In this document: positions 61,758 to 64,000 of the stretch, piece by piece
Layout of the letters: each line of letters opens with the position of its first letter
How positions within the stretch are numbered: the stretch's first letter is position 1
Assembly: GCA_963845515.1 (NCBI GenBank)
Contig: CAWJSR010000045.1
Coordinates: forward strand, 64,001-128,000
Length of the DNA stretch: 64,000 bases
Origin: an uncultured delta proteobacterium
Lineage (GTDB): Bacteria; Myxococcota; Myxococcia; Myxococcales; Anaeromyxobacteraceae
Direction: 5' to 3'
Notes under the pieces: generated by a model
What the model saw: only the letters and a program-made list of their open reading frames with translations
Told to the model about the DNA's origin: nothing
Databases searched by the model: none
Translations under genes and position numbers: made by a program

Positions 61758-63302
61758 ATGACGCGCCGGATCGTCATCGACCCGATCACCCGGCTCGAGG
61801 GGCACGGGAAGATCGAGATCCTCCTGGACGAGCAGGGGAACGCGACGACGGCGCGGCTCCAGGTCCCGGAGCTTCGAGGCTTCGAGCGCTTCTGCGTCGG
61901 GCGTCCGGTGGAGGAGCTCCCCCGCCTGACCTCGCACGTCTGCGGGGTCTGCCCGGCAGCGCACCACCTCGCGTCGGTGCGCGCGCTCGATGCGCTCTAC
62001 GGCGCCACCCCGCCGCCCGCCGCGCTCGCCGCGCAGGCGCTCTACTACAACCTCTTCCTCTTCGAGGACCACCTCCTCCACTACTGGTACCTGGGCGGCC
62101 CGGACCTGCTGGTCGGGCCCACCGCCCCGGCGCCGATGCGGAACGTGCTGGGCGTCGTCGCGAAGGTGGGGGCCGAGCTCGGCGGCCGGATCATGGCGGT
62201 CCGCAAGGAGGCGAGGGAGATCATGGGCGCGCTCTCGGGCCGCGCGGGCCATCCGGTCTTCGCGCTCCCGGGCGGCAACTCGCGGCCGGTGCCCGCCGAG
62301 CTGATCGCGCGCGCGCGTGCGGCGGCCCCGCGGCTCGTCGCCTTCGCCGAGGAGTCGCTCGCAAGCTTCCGGCGCGCGGTCCTCGAGTCGCCGGACTGGA
62401 TGGCGATCGTGGAGAGCGAGCCCTTCCGCGCCCGCACCCACTCGATGGGGATGGTGGACGCCGAGGGGAGGCTCGCCTTCCTCGACGGGACGCTCCGGGT
62501 GATCGATCCGGCCGGCGAGCCCGTCGCGGCGTTCGCGCCGCGCGACTGGCTGGAGCACCTCGCCGAGCGCGTGGAGCCCTGGAGCTACGCCAAGTTCACG
62601 TTCCTCAAGGCGCGGGGCTGGCGCGGCTTCGAGGAGGGGGCGGAGAGCGGGCTCTACCGCGTGGGGCCGCTCGCGCGCCTGAACGTCGCGAAGGCGATGG
62701 CGACCCCCCGGGCGGAGGCGGAGCGCCAGCTCCTCTTCGACCGGCTCGGGTGGCCGGCCCACCAGACCCTCGCGTTCCACTGGGCGCGCCTGGTCGAGGC
62801 GCTGCAGGCCGCGGAGACCGTCGAGGAGCTCGCGTTCGACCCGGCGCTCGCCGGCACGGAGGTGCGCGCGCCGCCGGCGCCGCTCGCCGGTCCGCGGGAG
62901 GGGGTGGGGGCGGTGGAGGCGCCGCGCGGGACGCTCATTCACCACTACGCCGCGGACGCCGCGGGGATGGCGACGCGGGTGAACCTCGTCGTCGCGTCGC
63001 AGCACAACGGCGCGGCGGTCCAGATCTCCATCGCCAAGGCGGCGCGGTCGCTCATCCGCGGGGGCGTGGTAGACGAGGGTGTCCTCAACCGGCTGGAGAT
63101 GGCCTTCCGGGCGTACGATCCCTGCAACGCCTGCGCGTCCCACGCGCTCCCCGGCGAGCTCCCGCTCGTGGTGACGGTGAGGGACGCGCGCGGAGCGGTC
63201 GTCGACGTGGTGCGGCGGCGAGTGGACTACCCTCTCCCCCTGCCGGATGTGCTCCCTCTCCCCCGCCCCCGCGGGGGAGAGGGCAGGGGTGAGGGGGAGT
63301 GA
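61758..63302 (+). CDS. [NiFe]-hydrogenase large subunit, MvhA-like (group 3c)
   Basis: TRLEGHGKI, RGFE, L1 VCGVCPAAH, EAPRGTLIHHY, L2 RAYDPCNACASH followed by a cleavable C-terminal extension. Confidence 0.93.
   Translation: MTRRIVIDPITRLEGHGKIEILLDEQGNATTARLQVPELRGFERFCVGRPVEELPRLTSHVCGVCPAAHHLASVRALDALYGATPPPAALAAQALYYNLFLFEDHLLHYWYLGGPDLLVGPTAPAPMRNVLGVVAKVGAELGGRIMAVRKEAREIMGALSGRAGHPVFALPGGNSRPVPAELIARARAAAPRLVAFAEESLASFRRAVLESPDWMAIVESEPFRARTHSMGMVDAEGRLAFLDGTLRVIDPAGEPVAAFAPRDWLEHLAERVEPWSYAKFTFLKARGWRGFEEGAESGLYRVGPLARLNVAKAMATPRAEAERQLLFDRLGWPAHQTLAFHWARLVEALQAAETVEELAFDPALAGTEVRAPPAPLAGPREGVGAVEAPRGTLIHHYAADAAGMATRVNLVVASQHNGAAVQISIAKAARSLIRGGVVDEGVLNRLEMAFRAYDPCNACASHALPGELPLVVTVRDARGAVVDVVRRRVDYPLPLPDVLPLPRPRGGEGRGEGE
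63230..63297 (-). repeat. REP-like palindrome in the 3' end of the hydrogenase large-subunit gene
   Basis: CCCTCTCCCCCGC...GCGGGGGAGAGGGCAGGGGTGAGGGGG plus an upstream half-site. Confidence 0.75.
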
Positions 63303-63764
63303 TCCCGATCCTGGTCCTCTGCCTCGGCAACCCCCTCCGCAGCGACGACGCGGTCGCGCTCCACGTCGCCGATGCGCTCGAGCGGCTCCGCCTGCCCGGC
63401 GTCGAGATCCGCCGGAGCGCCCGCTCCGGCCTCTACCTGCTCGACGACATGGAGGGGTTCGACCGGGTCATCGTGGTCGACGCGATCAAGACGGCCGGAG
63501 GCGTGCCCGGGACCATCCACTCGCTCCCGCTGGAGGCGATCCACTCGCCGGGTGGGCCGTCGCCGCACGCGATCGGGCTGCCGAGCGCGATCGCCGCCGC
63601 GCGCGCGGCGGGGGCGCCGGTGCCCTCGCACCTCCACGTCGTCGCGGTGGAGGTCGCGCGAGCTGGAGGAGATCGGCGAGGGGCTGACGCCCGCGGTGGA
63701 GGGCGCGATCCCGCTGGCGGTCGAGGCGGTCAGGGAAGCGGTGGAGTCGCTCTACGCGCTCTGA
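63299..63764 (+). CDS. Hydrogenase maturation endopeptidase, +1 frameshift near 63656
   Basis: Translated by hand from GTG 63299: ILVLCLGNPLRSDDAVA...RVIVVDAI...SPHAIGL...VVAVEV, then next frame ELEEIGEGLTPAVEGAIP...LYAL*. Missed by the ORF track. Confidence 0.88.
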
Positions 63765-63814
63765 TTCGACCGCCGACGCAACACCCCGCACGCTCCGGCC
63801 GCGGGGCGTCGGCG

Positions 63815-64000
63815 TCACGGCACCTTGTGCGGACGGGAGATCTGCTGCACGCGCTGGTGCGACACGCCGAGCAGCTCCGCCGCGTCCCGCACCGAGAGGC
63901 CGACGCGCCTCGTCAGCTCGCGCGCCGCCGCGTCCGTCGTCTGCACCGCCTCCGCCTGCGCTTTCTCGATCCTCGCTCGCGCCGCGGTCGCCTTCATCAC
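63815..64000 (-). CDS. C-terminal part of an HTH protein, possibly a HicB-like antitoxin (5' end beyond window)
   Basis: GLSVRDAAELLGVSHQRVQQI helix-turn-helix. Confidence 0.55.
   Translation of the reverse strand: MMKATAARARIEKAQAEAVQTTDAAARELTRRVGLSVRDAAELLGVSHQRVQQISRPHKVP

Noticed and set aside
61930..61965. His instead of Arg before the L1 CxxC of the hydrogenase large subunit as a sign of inactivity
   Set aside because: This position is variable in group 3c enzymes, and all four Ni-binding cysteines and the L2 His are present.
58755..63302. Possible selenocysteine recoding in HdrA, MvhD or MvhA
   Set aside because: The metal-ligand positions examined are Cys codons and there are no in-frame TGA interruptions.

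Overview
Very GC-rich bacterial chromosomal segment. Gene content suggests an Anaeromyxobacter-like Myxococcota/deltaproteobacterium (inference from a split nuo operon, PEGA, zinc-ribbon/TPR and PilZ-REC proteins, and the kdsB-pyrG-kdsA...rpoN-hpf-ptsN order). Most of the window is core genome: cls, purF, HU, nuoEFJK, plsY, ftsK, gatCAB, mtnA, rplU-rpmA-obgE, kds/lpt/rpoN. Accessory parts are a ParE-type toxin-antitoxin pair, a large Ig-like lipoprotein with PEGA partners and a group-3c-like [NiFe]-hydrogenase cluster. No rRNA, tRNA, CRISPR array or transposase was recognised. Main observations: (1) a tusA-hdrA'-mvhD/G-mvhA-protease operon without hdrBC, whose HdrA has lost the internal domain carrying the CVGSR/CSxxCC cluster and bifurcation residues; (2) an MvhD-MvhG fusion whose linker is built from the genome's own palindromic repeat; (3) a KirBac homologue with no K+ selectivity filter; (4) a reverse-oriented sigma-54 site over the promoter of the lptCAB-rpoN operon; (5) a recurring leaderless-promoter signature; (6) a Pho-box-like repeat between pit and a phosphatase. 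Several single-base frameshifts, some in normally essential genes, suggest uncorrected indel errors, so fine sequence details need read-level confirmation.
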